From IMG/VR virus record IMGVR_UViG_3300045988_121635: DNA of 64,000 bases; one strand, written 5' to 3'. Shown here piece by piece: positions 1 through 7,823 of this stretch. The position numbers were made by a program, and so were the translations under genes. The notes below the pieces were generated by a model. That model had not been told where the DNA came from. It saw only the letters and a program-made list of their open reading frames with translations, and did not search any database. This stretch comes from a virus. Every line of letters starts with the position of its first letter. Position 1 is the stretch's first letter.

Positions 1-30
1 TTATAATCCCCGTATTTTCGGACATACTTA

Positions 31-216
31 TTGTATTTTTTTTATTCTATGTGGTGGTTTTTATTAGTCGCTGACTTGTATTTTCTGTCTGTTGGTATTC
101 GTTCTATGTTGGAGTACGGACCGGATCAGTATAATATTGTAATGGTCTTTTGCTTTTCTTTATTGGCTTTGATTATAGGTTTAAATATCTATCTTGATAG
201 GAGAAGTAGACGGTAG
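31..216 (+). CDS. hypothetical small membrane protein (hydrophobic); window may begin inside its upstream region
   Basis: ORF track 61 aa, hydrophobic; no homology recognised. Confidence 0.25.
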   Translation: MYFFYSMWWFLLVADLYFLSVGIRSMLEYGPDQYNIVMVFCFSLLALIIGLNIYLDRRSRR

Positions 217-352
217 GGCGTGGGCTGAAGGCTCTCTATTCTCTCTATGGAATGATATTATCTCCAAACACCCCACACTTCATGCCAGAGTATAAGCTTG
301 TAGCGCTCTCCGTATGCCGGTAGTGAGGCGGTAGGGCGTGGGTTCTATGCGG
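211..352. repeat. GC-rich direct repeat motif CGGTAGGGCGTGGG x2 (211-224, 329-342) inside a ~400-bp non-coding GC-rich region
   Basis: read directly; GC-rich island in AT-rich genome. Confidence 0.7.
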
Positions 353-418
353 AAAGTCGGAGGATCAGCCGGGGTTGGAGAGGGGGAGGGCACTGTCTTC
401 CCGCAAAATTCAACAGAT

Positions 419-564
419 CAGCGTTTTAAAACAGCATTCTGTAGGTTCTTCAAACAAAATTAAGGATTGCAGTGCTTTAAAACAGCATAATGTAGGATTT
501 TCCAACAAAATTAAGACTTACAGCGTTTTTAAAACAGTATTCTGTAGGTAAGAGTTAAGGACTG
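419..564. repeat. three tandem copies of a 51-bp repeat (419-469, 470-520, 521-564 partial), core TTAAAACAGCAT(T/A)(C/A)TGTAGG
   Basis: aligned by eye; ~85% identity between copies; non-coding. Confidence 0.85.
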
Positions 565-620
565 CATTATGTGAATATTTTTTTTCAATCGGAATGTATA
601 ACAATTAAAACATAAACAAC

Positions 621-881
621 ATGAACGTATATGACTTTGCGCCTGACTTAGATTTGAGTAAGGAGGGAGAAGGTTTTATTTTTGGGGTGAAAGGAATAGA
701 AGACGGTGATGGTATAGTATATGCTAAGGTAGTTAGCTGTGTAGAAGTTAAGGATTACAGTTGTGAGGGGTGTATTTTTAATGATTGTTATAAGAATAAA
801 TGTTTATTATCGCGTAGTGTTAGTTGTGTAGATGGAGACTGGCTTTGTAGGTACGAACAGGCTGCCATAGAGGGGGAGTAG
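621..881 (+). CDS. hypothetical Cys-rich small protein; paralog of 2707..2955
   Basis: ORF 86 aa; shares F.P..DLS.KE.G..F ... C..CIF.N ... DW pattern with 2707..2955 product. Confidence 0.5.
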   Translation: MNVYDFAPDLDLSKEGEGFIFGVKGIEDGDGIVYAKVVSCVEVKDYSCEGCIFNDCYKNKCLLSRSVSCVDGDWLCRYEQAAIEGE

Positions 882-886
882 GCGGC

Positions 887-901
887 GCCTTGGGCTAAGG
901 C
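887..901 (+). terminator. GC-rich hairpin GCCTT-GGGCT-AAGGC downstream of 621..881, within AGGCGGCGCC motif shared with 8354-8363
   Basis: 5-bp stem seen directly; no U-tract. Confidence 0.3.
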
Positions 902-1356
902 CTGCGGTTGTAGGTGGAACGGAGGTCGGAGCAGAGCCAGGACAGTTTATTGTGGAACGTAAAAAGAAAAAAGATGGAAAGAACAATACATTATATTTGG
1001 ATAAATTGGGTATCTTCTACAGGTTCGAAAAGTAGTAGACTAATAAGCAACAGGTCTATGCCGGTATCAGATGCCAAAGAGATGATATTAAGAACGAGTG
1101 CTAAAGAATTGCTTAAACACAGACCGAGTTGGTTAAAGGACTGTGTTCGTATTAGTGTAAGCGCACAGGATATTACGACCGGAGAGATCCTGTATAGAAG
1201 AACTATAAACATAAAGAAGAAGGAGGAAATAATATGAAAAAGGCATTTAAGATATTTTCTATTATGTTTGTCATAGAAATAGTGCTGATAGCTATTTTAG
1301 ATGCTATGGCGTAAGTGAGAAAAATTTCTTCATTAATTTTCTTATGCTTTAGACAG

Positions 1357-1386
1357 AATGCTCCCGTCTGCGAAGATCGGAGCATT
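1357..1386 (+). terminator. long hairpin with GNRA tetraloop (AATGCTCC-CG-TCT-GCGA-AGA-TC-GGAGCATT); loop motif GTCTGCGAAGAT shared with 7003-7030
   Basis: 8-bp outer stem + inner TCT/AGA stem + GCGA loop read directly. Confidence 0.5.
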
Positions 1387-1393
1387 TGCTTTA

Positions 1394-1438
1394 TGGGATT
1401 CATGGTGCGGTAGGCTGGTTCGATTCCGGCGATCTCAC
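1394..1438 (+). tRNA. tRNA-like element: canonical T-arm (GCTGG-TTCGATT-CCGGC) plus 7-bp acceptor-like stem (TGGGATT/GATCTCA); full cloverleaf not recoverable by eye; no encoded CCA
   Basis: GGTTCGATTCC T-loop motif; pairing checked manually; only 45 nt so could be a tRNA fragment/mini-helix or a longer tRNA I could not fold. Confidence 0.3.
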
Positions 1439-1461
1439 ACAACATTAAAATAGGGAAGAAC

Positions 1462-1866
1462 ATGTTAAAAGAAGAATTTGAAGAACTGATTAAAAGGGAG
1501 GTAAACGAAAATCAGTATAAAAACATAGAAACGGCATACGAGGCTTTGCCGGAGTATATGGATAAGATGTATTTAGCAAGTGCTATTTCAAATGATATTG
1601 GGAAAGCTATTAATGTCTTATCGTTTTTAGGATCGTATATAAGCGAGTTAATGGGTTCGATAATAATCGAAAGGCAAAAGGTGGAATCATGTGCCTATGA
1701 TTTAATAAATAAATCGCATGAGGAGGATGACTTGAAAGCAAGAGAGATTGCCGTGCGATTAATAGGAGAGAGGGAAACAGTGGCATACACAGTAAAAGAA
1801 GGGCTGCCATTGTGGGAACAAGATAAAAAGTTTATAATAGAATTAATGAAGGAGGAAAGAAAATGA
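1462..1866 (+). CDS. hypothetical protein
   Basis: ORF 134 aa; ATGA overlap with next gene. Confidence 0.55.
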   Translation: MLKEEFEELIKREVNENQYKNIETAYEALPEYMDKMYLASAISNDIGKAINVLSFLGSYISELMGSIIIERQKVESCAYDLINKSHEEDDLKAREIAVRLIGERETVAYTVKEGLPLWEQDKKFIIELMKEERK

Positions 1867-2204
1867 AAGATGGTATTACATTACATCCAGAACACGGATT
1901 GAATCCGTCTATAGAAGTCTGCATGATATGTGGCGAAGAGATGGGGATTGCTTTATTAGGGAATAACATCAAAGGGCAGGCGCCGCATCATATATGCACG
2001 GGAGAAATATGTGACAATTGCAAAAAGATAATAGATGACGGAGGTTGTTTTATTATCGAAGTCGAGGATGGATCAGATCAAAAGAATCCGTATCGTACAG
2101 GGAGATATTGCGCGATAAAGAAAGAAGCAGCAAAGAAAATACTTGGACAGGAACATAGTGTTGTGTACATGGAAAAGTCTGCATACAGTCAAATAATACC
2201 ATAA
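1863..2204 (+). CDS. hypothetical Cys-rich (Zn-binding?) protein
   Basis: ORF 113 aa; CxxC...CxxC pairs; ATGA overlap. Confidence 0.5.
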   Translation: MKDGITLHPEHGLNPSIEVCMICGEEMGIALLGNNIKGQAPHHICTGEICDNCKKIIDDGGCFIIEVEDGSDQKNPYRTGRYCAIKKEAAKKILGQEHSVVYMEKSAYSQIIP

Positions 2205-2218
2205 AAATAAAGAAGGAT

Positions 2219-2533
2219 ATGTTTACAAAAGAAGAGCGATTATTCATATGGAAAAAGGTATATGAGATGATTGATAGGTTAGAGGATGGGGAATACATAT
2301 GTGTTGCGTTAAGAAATGTAGTGTTTATGTATCTCAAAACACATAAAAATATATATGAGTTTCGTTCAGACGAAATGGTGAGAATATATTTCCCGGAATT
2401 GGAGGAGAAGATAAGTATGGCCACAGAACCAGAGGAAACAAGAACGTTTTATGGGTGGTTTGGTTGTCTTAGTCCAGAAACGAAGGAGGTGAGGCTGAAT
2501 ATTGTGAAAGATATTATAAAAGAATTAGAATAG
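2219..2533 (+). CDS. hypothetical protein
   Basis: ORF 104 aa. Confidence 0.45.
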   Translation: MFTKEERLFIWKKVYEMIDRLEDGEYICVALRNVVFMYLKTHKNIYEFRSDEMVRIYFPELEEKISMATEPEETRTFYGWFGCLSPETKEVRLNIVKDIIKELE

Positions 2534-2579
2534 TATTTTTGTTAATCTATTTTATTCATCAAATTAAGTTTTGGGTTTT

Positions 2580-2609
2580 GGCATGTCGGTTCGTGAGGAT
2601 AGACATGCC
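2580..2609 (+). terminator. hairpin GGCATGTC-(GGTTC-GTGA-GGATA)-GACATGCC with GNRA (GTGA) loop
   Basis: 8-bp stem read directly; followed by U-rich TATTTCTGTAT. Confidence 0.45.
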
Positions 2610-2625
2610 TATTTCTGTATCATAG

Positions 2626-2686
2626 AGGGATGACGCGGCGTGCCGGTGCGTATGTGCCGGTCCTGGTTCGATTCTGGGCATCTCAC
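2626..2686 (+). tRNA. tRNA-like element: T-arm (CCTGG-TTCGATT-CTGGG) + acceptor-like stem (AGGGATG/CATCTCA); D-arm not evident
   Basis: same T-loop and ATCTCACA 3' motif as 1394-1438; 6/7 acceptor pairs; internal CCGG...CCGG stem with 10-nt loop (non-canonical). Confidence 0.3.
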
Positions 2687-2706
2687 AAACAATAAAACAT
2701 AATTAT

Positions 2707-2955
2707 ATGGAAGTAATAACATTCGGTCCGAACATGGATTTGTCTTCTAAAGAAGCAGGGGATGTATTTAGATTAAAATTGTATGGCATAGAGTATGATG
2801 TCAAAGTAGTTGGTGACGACGAAGATCCTCTTATGTTCTGCAAAGATTGTATATTTTTTAACAACTCCGAACGGTGTTCACTCTCAGAATCGCAAGACTG
2901 GTGCTTAAAAAAGCAAGTTGTTTACTGTAAAATAAGACATGATGGGGGAATTTAA
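2707..2955 (+). CDS. hypothetical Cys-rich small protein; paralog of 621..881
   Basis: ORF 82 aa; shared motifs with 621..881. Confidence 0.5.
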   Translation: MEVITFGPNMDLSSKEAGDVFRLKLYGIEYDVKVVGDDEDPLMFCKDCIFFNNSERCSLSESQDWCLKKQVVYCKIRHDGGI

Positions 2956-3130
2956 TGCGAAAGACGCCAATTTCTTATGGCGTCAAATTGGTAGGATTGA
3001 TGGGGTGATAGAAACTCTGAACCGTACCGAAGGAGAGATGCCGGAAATTATAGCCGGAGTACTAAAAAGAATAAGAGACGATATAGATAAGTTTGTAGAT
3101 AATAAAACGAAAGATTATGAGAATATATAA
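2939..3130 (+). CDS. hypothetical protein
   Basis: ORF 63 aa. Confidence 0.35.
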   Translation: MMGEFNAKDANFLWRQIGRIDGVIETLNRTEGEMPEIIAGVLKRIRDDIDKFVDNKTKDYENI

Positions 3131-3347
3131 AAATGATATTATAAAGGCGTCAGCGATAAGCACCGGCGCAGACAGAGGTGTGTTACTGTGTTCAATAACA
3201 GATTCGGGATTCACGTCTATAGCGGGCGTAATATCGGCTGTTAAGGATAAGTTACCAGGCAAAGATCATAAGAAGATGATTTTTGAAATACGGAATGATG
3301 GAAGAAACGAATATGGCAGATATAATAATTGTGGAGGAAAAATATGA
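3117..3347 (+). CDS. hypothetical protein
   Basis: ORF 76 aa. Confidence 0.35.
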   Translation: MRIYKNDIIKASAISTGADRGVLLCSITDSGFTSIAGVISAVKDKLPGKDHKKMIFEIRNDGRNEYGRYNNCGGKI

Positions 3348-3556
3348 AATACAGAGGTCTGTTGCTCCCTATGATATTAGCTGCAATGTGCGGAGATGAT
3401 GCCTTTGTGCTAAATACTAAAAGGGGAAAAGGAATGCAATCTACATATAGAAGAGAAAAGATTGTCAGAACAGAAAAAGAATTTGATATTAATGGCACTA
3501 AAGTAATGGCATACTCAAGAAAGGATGCCATTAAAAGATTAAAACATAAGAAGTAG
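3329..3556 (+). CDS. hypothetical protein
   Basis: ORF 75 aa. Confidence 0.35.
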   Translation: MWRKNMKYRGLLLPMILAAMCGDDAFVLNTKRGKGMQSTYRREKIVRTEKEFDINGTKVMAYSRKDAIKRLKHKK

Positions 3557-3603
3557 AAAACGGATTTTTATGTTAATGTTAGTTTTTTCATTTTTATTGA
3601 AAG

Positions 3604-3641
3604 GAGCGCCGGCCTGTGAAGGTATGCGCTCTTTGTATTTA
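3604..3641 (+). terminator. intrinsic terminator: GAGCGC-(CGGCC-TGTGA-AGGTAT)-GCGCTC hairpin with GNRA-like GTGA loop + TTTGTATTTAT
   Basis: 6-bp GC stem + U-rich tail read directly. Confidence 0.55.
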
Positions 3642-3651
3642 TATAATGCTT

Positions 3652-3770
3652 GACATACTCCCATCGCTAAAGCAAACGGGATTCTTGGATACAAACGTAC
3701 GGAACCCCCGGTTTTACAATCGTTGGAATCACCCGCACTTTCCAACTCGGAAATGCCCTTCCGAGGTCGC
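3652..3770 (-). mobile_element. orphan copy of IS200/IS605-family right end / TnpB-omegaRNA scaffold (no tnpB); ~85-90% identical to 12182-12300 and retains a decayed TnpB C-terminal coding remnant (RKGISELES...)
   Basis: TTGACATACTCCCATCGCTAAAGCAAA(C/T)GGGATTCTTGGATACAAACG... aligned by eye with the 3' end of the tnpB element at 12182; translation of minus strand gives RKGISELESAGDSND vs TnpB RKGISELESKSNSSDSN. Confidence 0.75.
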
Positions 3771-3856
3771 AAGACAGGGCAAATATAATGTTTAATTATC
3801 ATCTGACACATAAATGGGATCAGTATTACCATTAAATAACATAAAACAATAATAAT

Positions 3857-4111
3857 ATGACAGATAATAACATAGACGTGAATATCGTACCTGTAAAGAA
3901 TGGCGCGAAACGTGTTGTGGTATCATATTACCATTATTCACGCAAGGACAAAAATCACATGAGTTCCCAAACGGATTACGTGTGGGAAACAAAGAATGAA
4001 GAAATGTTTAAATACTTTGAGGCCAGGAGGACAAAAGTATTTTATAGTCAGATTCGTGCCATGTGTAGATTCTATGGCAAGAAAAATGTACGTAAATACA
4101 AAAAGCTATGA
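3857..4111 (+). CDS. hypothetical protein
   Basis: ORF 84 aa; ATGA overlap with next. Confidence 0.45.
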   Translation: MTDNNIDVNIVPVKNGAKRVVVSYYHYSRKDKNHMSSQTDYVWETKNEEMFKYFEARRTKVFYSQIRAMCRFYGKKNVRKYKKL

Positions 4112-4917
4112 TATTAAAAACAACAACCAACGAATTTTGTTTCATTAACGTAAGTTTTTATGAAACAATAGCAGACCCGCGTCATTTCTTTTCACAGGAA
4201 TATGATGAGATGCCGGAATATGAAGAAGAATCGGATTTTGATTTTGATTCTTATTGCAATAAGTTTGTTCCTTTTGTACAGGAATGGGCGAATGAGGTGG
4301 GTGAACGCCTTTATGAATATGGCGTGAATAACATAAAGGTAATATCGGTAGGACATCCAAAAGAGTACAATTATGATACTGATTGGATGGATGTAAGGAT
4401 AGAGTTTTGTGATGAATGGAGGCAAAAGATGTTATCTAACATTGGTAAGATTGTTAATGATGATAAATGCAAGAAGTATGCGGAGGCTAATTATCGGTCG
4501 GTACCAGGATACATCTTTTTAGGGCCTGAAGATTTAAAGGAATTTGAAAAGAAAATAATAGAAAGAAAGTCGGATTCTGGATATGATGTAACAATATTAT
4601 TAAACATGTATCTAACTTTGGCTTTTGTAAAAGAATTTGGATTTAAAGCCGGAGAAGCATGGAGTGAAATAACAGAATATGCTTACGGATGTTTGTCGTA
4701 TTCTGATTTTGCAACAACAGAGATGCTTATACCAGAAGGTTCGGAGCATTTATTCAAAGACATTTACACGGCAAAGGCCGACGAATTATATCATCATGTC
4801 CTGGATAAATTCGGATGGGCGTGGCGTGATCCGAAATATAAGTCAGAAACAGAATTATGCGCAATGTTAAAATGGGCAAAAGAAAAAGGCTTGACCATTG
4901 AAGAGTTAAGTATTTAA
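4108..4917 (+). CDS. hypothetical protein (269 aa, acidic N-terminus)
   Basis: long ORF, coupled start. Confidence 0.6.
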   Translation: MILKTTTNEFCFINVSFYETIADPRHFFSQEYDEMPEYEEESDFDFDSYCNKFVPFVQEWANEVGERLYEYGVNNIKVISVGHPKEYNYDTDWMDVRIEFCDEWRQKMLSNIGKIVNDDKCKKYAEANYRSVPGYIFLGPEDLKEFEKKIIERKSDSGYDVTILLNMYLTLAFVKEFGFKAGEAWSEITEYAYGCLSYSDFATTEMLIPEGSEHLFKDIYTAKADELYHHVLDKFGWAWRDPKYKSETELCAMLKWAKEKGLTIEELSI

Positions 4918-4944
4918 TTGTTAAACATAAGGCAGTAGTGGTGC

Positions 4945-5229
4945 GTGAGTATAGGTGCTGCCGTTAAAATATTTTATAAGATGAAAAAAGAAGAGATTCA
5001 AACTATTTTATACACAATCAAAGAAGGAGACAGTATTAAGATCAAAGTACAAGACAAAAGTGAAGAGATAAGACTGCGGGATCATGTAAGAAGAGTACAG
5101 AAATACGGATACAGGTTTTGTTTGTCTCATTTACATGATGGAATTTTCTATCTGGAGAAGTTGAAAGAAGGGGACAAGGATAAATACTATAGAGTAATAA
5201 ACAGAGGAAATGGAAAGACCGGAGTATAA
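4945..5229 (+). CDS. hypothetical protein
   Basis: ORF 94 aa. Confidence 0.4.
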   Translation: MSIGAAVKIFYKMKKEEIQTILYTIKEGDSIKIKVQDKSEEIRLRDHVRRVQKYGYRFCLSHLHDGIFYLEKLKEGDKDKYYRVINRGNGKTGV

Positions 5230-5503
5230 TAAGCTACGCAAAATGGTTAAGACTACTCCAGGTCTGATAGTGGACGAGGTGCAAAACATGATGCGTGTAT
5301 CGCTATACGATAATGGGGAACTTAAGAAGGTGGTAGTAGTAATGAAATGCGATTCTTTTTTACAGTCAAAAAGTAACATAGAAAAGATAATGTTATTATC
5401 ATCTTCTATAGAAGATAGAAAAAACAAAGAAAAAAATAAAACAAAATCAGAAAATGAACAGAATAACAAAAATAAGAGAAGAAATAGGAGGAAAACAGGT
5501 TGA
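5210..5503 (+). CDS. hypothetical protein with K/N-rich C-terminus
   Basis: ORF 97 aa. Confidence 0.35.
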   Translation: MERPEYNKLRKMVKTTPGLIVDEVQNMMRVSLYDNGELKKVVVVMKCDSFLQSKSNIEKIMLLSSSIEDRKNKEKNKTKSENEQNNKNKRRNRRKTG

Positions 5504-5837
5504 TTTGACCTTTTACGGGCGCTTTTGCAGCCTTATCGAAGGTGATAGGAAGATAATACTAAGGGCGATAAAAAACGGTCGTAAAAAAGGCGTAATCGGA
5601 GCTATTCAGTCTGGGAGACATGATAGAATTTGGACCACATGGTCTATTGCTTTTGATGATCTGAAGGTAGGGGATACGGTAGAGTTCAGTACATCTGGAA
5701 AATACAATCCCGGATTTCATGCTACGGAAAAGTATGTAGGGTGTGTAGAATGGATAAAAGGATCGGAATGTGCGATAAAAACAGGTAAGGGGATGGCAGT
5801 AGTATTAATTAAACACATAGAAAGGGTAGTAAAATAA
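5454..5837 (+). CDS. hypothetical protein
   Basis: ORF 127 aa. Confidence 0.45.
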   Translation: MNRITKIREEIGGKQVDLTFYGRFCSLIEGDRKIILRAIKNGRKKGVIGAIQSGRHDRIWTTWSIAFDDLKVGDTVEFSTSGKYNPGFHATEKYVGCVEWIKGSECAIKTGKGMAVVLIKHIERVVK

Positions 5838-6118
5838 TGGATTTAAGGATGTTTATAGACCTATTTCAGGAGATTGAGGTAGAAAACTTGTTTAAAGCGT
5901 TAGATTTATGTATGGAATATGTAAGATTAGATTTACATGTGTTTAATGTAGGAGCTCATGTAACGTGTTCATACAGCAATGATCTTGAATCTCTTTCACA
6001 GGCAGAAGGTTGTAATGTGAATATGATAATAGAGGTACCCTACTTATTCGAAGCATTCATGGAATATGCTTCACCGGAAATGAAGTTGTATTATGAAAAA
6101 CTAACAGAGATAGTATAA
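5837..6118 (+). CDS. hypothetical protein
   Basis: ORF 93 aa. Confidence 0.45.
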   Translation: MDLRMFIDLFQEIEVENLFKALDLCMEYVRLDLHVFNVGAHVTCSYSNDLESLSQAEGCNVNMIIEVPYLFEAFMEYASPEMKLYYEKLTEIV

Positions 6119-6119
6119 T

Positions 6120-6593
6120 ATGAAAGAAGAAGTAGAACGGATAAAGAAGTTGGTAGGCATAGATCATAACAGATGGGAGCAACCTTGTACATGTGATAAA
6201 TGTAAAAACATGTGTAAAGTTCCTTGTATTGGTACGCCAAAAGACATAGAGGCTATCATAGATGCCGGATACGCTGACAGGTTAAAAGAAACAATGTGGA
6301 TGGTAGGGTATCTTGCAGTGAAAGAAAAACCAATAGCGATGATCCAGCCAACAGAGAAAGACGGGTGGTGCGCATTCCGCCAGCCGGGCGGTCTCTGCGA
6401 GCTGCATGACCTCGGACTAAAGCCGACTGAAGGAGTTCTGGCTTCTTGTAAGGTGGTTGAAGAAGACGATATTCCGACATACGAAACATCCGTACTTAGA
6501 GCAGTAGCTCACGAGTGGGTTAAGGTGGAGAACTTTGGAAATGTAATGAAGGTCGTTTTTAAATTTTTGCATGAAAATGAACGTAGAAAATAA
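6120..6593 (+). CDS. hypothetical Cys-rich protein (CTCDKCKNMCKVPC)
   Basis: ORF 157 aa. Confidence 0.5.
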   Translation: MKEEVERIKKLVGIDHNRWEQPCTCDKCKNMCKVPCIGTPKDIEAIIDAGYADRLKETMWMVGYLAVKEKPIAMIQPTEKDGWCAFRQPGGLCELHDLGLKPTEGVLASCKVVEEDDIPTYETSVLRAVAHEWVKVENFGNVMKVVFKFLHENERRK

Positions 6594-6981
6594 ATTAAAT
6601 AAAGTGGTTAAGATCCTAAAAGAAAAAGGATTCGTAGTATATAGAAAGGGCGGGAAGGAGCCAGGTGTATTTTATGCCAAAGAAGGTGACAGCCGGATAG
6701 GATTCGTTTATCCAAACAACGGATATATATACGACAGGATAAAAATGTGGTCTTTTTCAAGGGTGTATAAACCACATAAGAAAACCGGATCTTCGTGTTT
6801 AATGTGTGTCAGCGACGAATTTACTATAGAAAATGCGATTAAGAGCATAGAAGATAGACTGTGGGTAAATTATATAAAAGACGGTAACAGAAAACGACCA
6901 GAAGAATATAAAAATATAAGAGAATTTGTTGGTAGCTTCACTAAATTCTACAGCTCTGTAGAATTAGTTGAAGTAAAATAG
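6571..6981 (+). CDS. hypothetical protein
   Basis: ORF 136 aa. Confidence 0.5.
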   Translation: MKMNVENKLNKVVKILKEKGFVVYRKGGKEPGVFYAKEGDSRIGFVYPNNGYIYDRIKMWSFSRVYKPHKKTGSSCLMCVSDEFTIENAIKSIEDRLWVNYIKDGNRKRPEEYKNIREFVGSFTKFYSSVELVEVK

Positions 6982-7002
6982 TTTTCCATGTAAGTTAGTT
7001 AC

Positions 7003-7038
7003 CGGCACTGGTCTGCGAAGATAGGTGCCGTTTTTTTT
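7003..7038 (+). terminator. intrinsic terminator: CGGCAC-(TGGTCT-GCGA-AGATAG)-GTGCCG + T8
   Basis: GC stem, GNRA loop, 8-T run read directly; same loop motif as 1357-1386. Confidence 0.75.
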
Positions 7039-7059
7039 ATTCAAGAAAGGAGGACAAAG

Positions 7060-7311
7060 ATGGAGAAAAGAGGCAAGAAGATGCCTTACGAGGTAGTCAT
7101 ACAGGAAAGAAAAAGAGTGGATTTGTACGGTAACGTAGTGTATTATATCCATTGGTTTGATAAATATGGGTACAATATCACAAACGAATGGAAATTCTGG
7201 AGCAAGGGTCCGAAAAAGAAATACGATAGAGTTAATCGTTATCTAACGGATAGTTGGTTGAAGGAATACTGTGGGAATAACGATTTAAAGATAAGGAGAA
7301 TAAAGGAATGA
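7060..7311 (+). CDS. hypothetical basic protein
   Basis: ORF 83 aa; ATGA overlap. Confidence 0.45.
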   Translation: MEKRGKKMPYEVVIQERKRVDLYGNVVYYIHWFDKYGYNITNEWKFWSKGPKKKYDRVNRYLTDSWLKEYCGNNDLKIRRIKE

Positions 7312-7823
7312 AAAAGATAAAAGTAGACAAAGTGATATTATACTATATGGATCGGGTAGACCCTGACGGGAACCCATACCGGTTCTATGTGTATAAAGGA
7401 ATGGCATCTGAAATAGAATACTTTTGCACGGAAGAGGCAGGTAATATGACTATACCAATCGGAGAAGGAGAGTATGTCAAGATTGTACCAAAAGAAATAG
7501 AGAAAATACCGGTAAGGGGATATAGGAAGCTTACTGGAATATGGAATCGTGAAACATGTAACGGAAAGGGATGGTATAGGCTTTTTAATTATTTCAAATA
7601 CAAGCCGACCCTATGTTATTTTAAAAAAGCTGGACATGATGTAAATGGGAATACAAGATACGAAATATCATTATTTAACAACATTATAAATGTGACAAGG
7701 TATTTCAATCTGTGGAGAATGAAGCCAGGAAAGTATGCTATGGTAACAAACGAGTGTGGCGCCTTGGATGTTATAAAAGAAAAATTTGACAACATAAATA
7801 TAGTGGAATATGGATCTGAATGA
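7308..7823 (+). CDS. hypothetical protein
   Basis: ORF 171 aa. Confidence 0.5.
   Translation: MKKIKVDKVILYYMDRVDPDGNPYRFYVYKGMASEIEYFCTEEAGNMTIPIGEGEYVKIVPKEIEKIPVRGYRKLTGIWNRETCNGKGWYRLFNYFKYKPTLCYFKKAGHDVNGNTRYEISLFNNIINVTRYFNLWRMKPGKYAMVTNECGALDVIKEKFDNINIVEYGSE

Noticed and set aside
419-564. Possible CRISPR array
   Set aside because: The repeats are 51 bp and directly abutting, with no unique spacers between them. No cas genes are present. Iteron-like tandem repeats are the better reading.
1394-2686. Reading the tRNA-like elements as attP cores of an integrative phage
   Set aside because: No integrase or recombinase gene is visible anywhere in the 64 kb, so this cannot be supported from this window.
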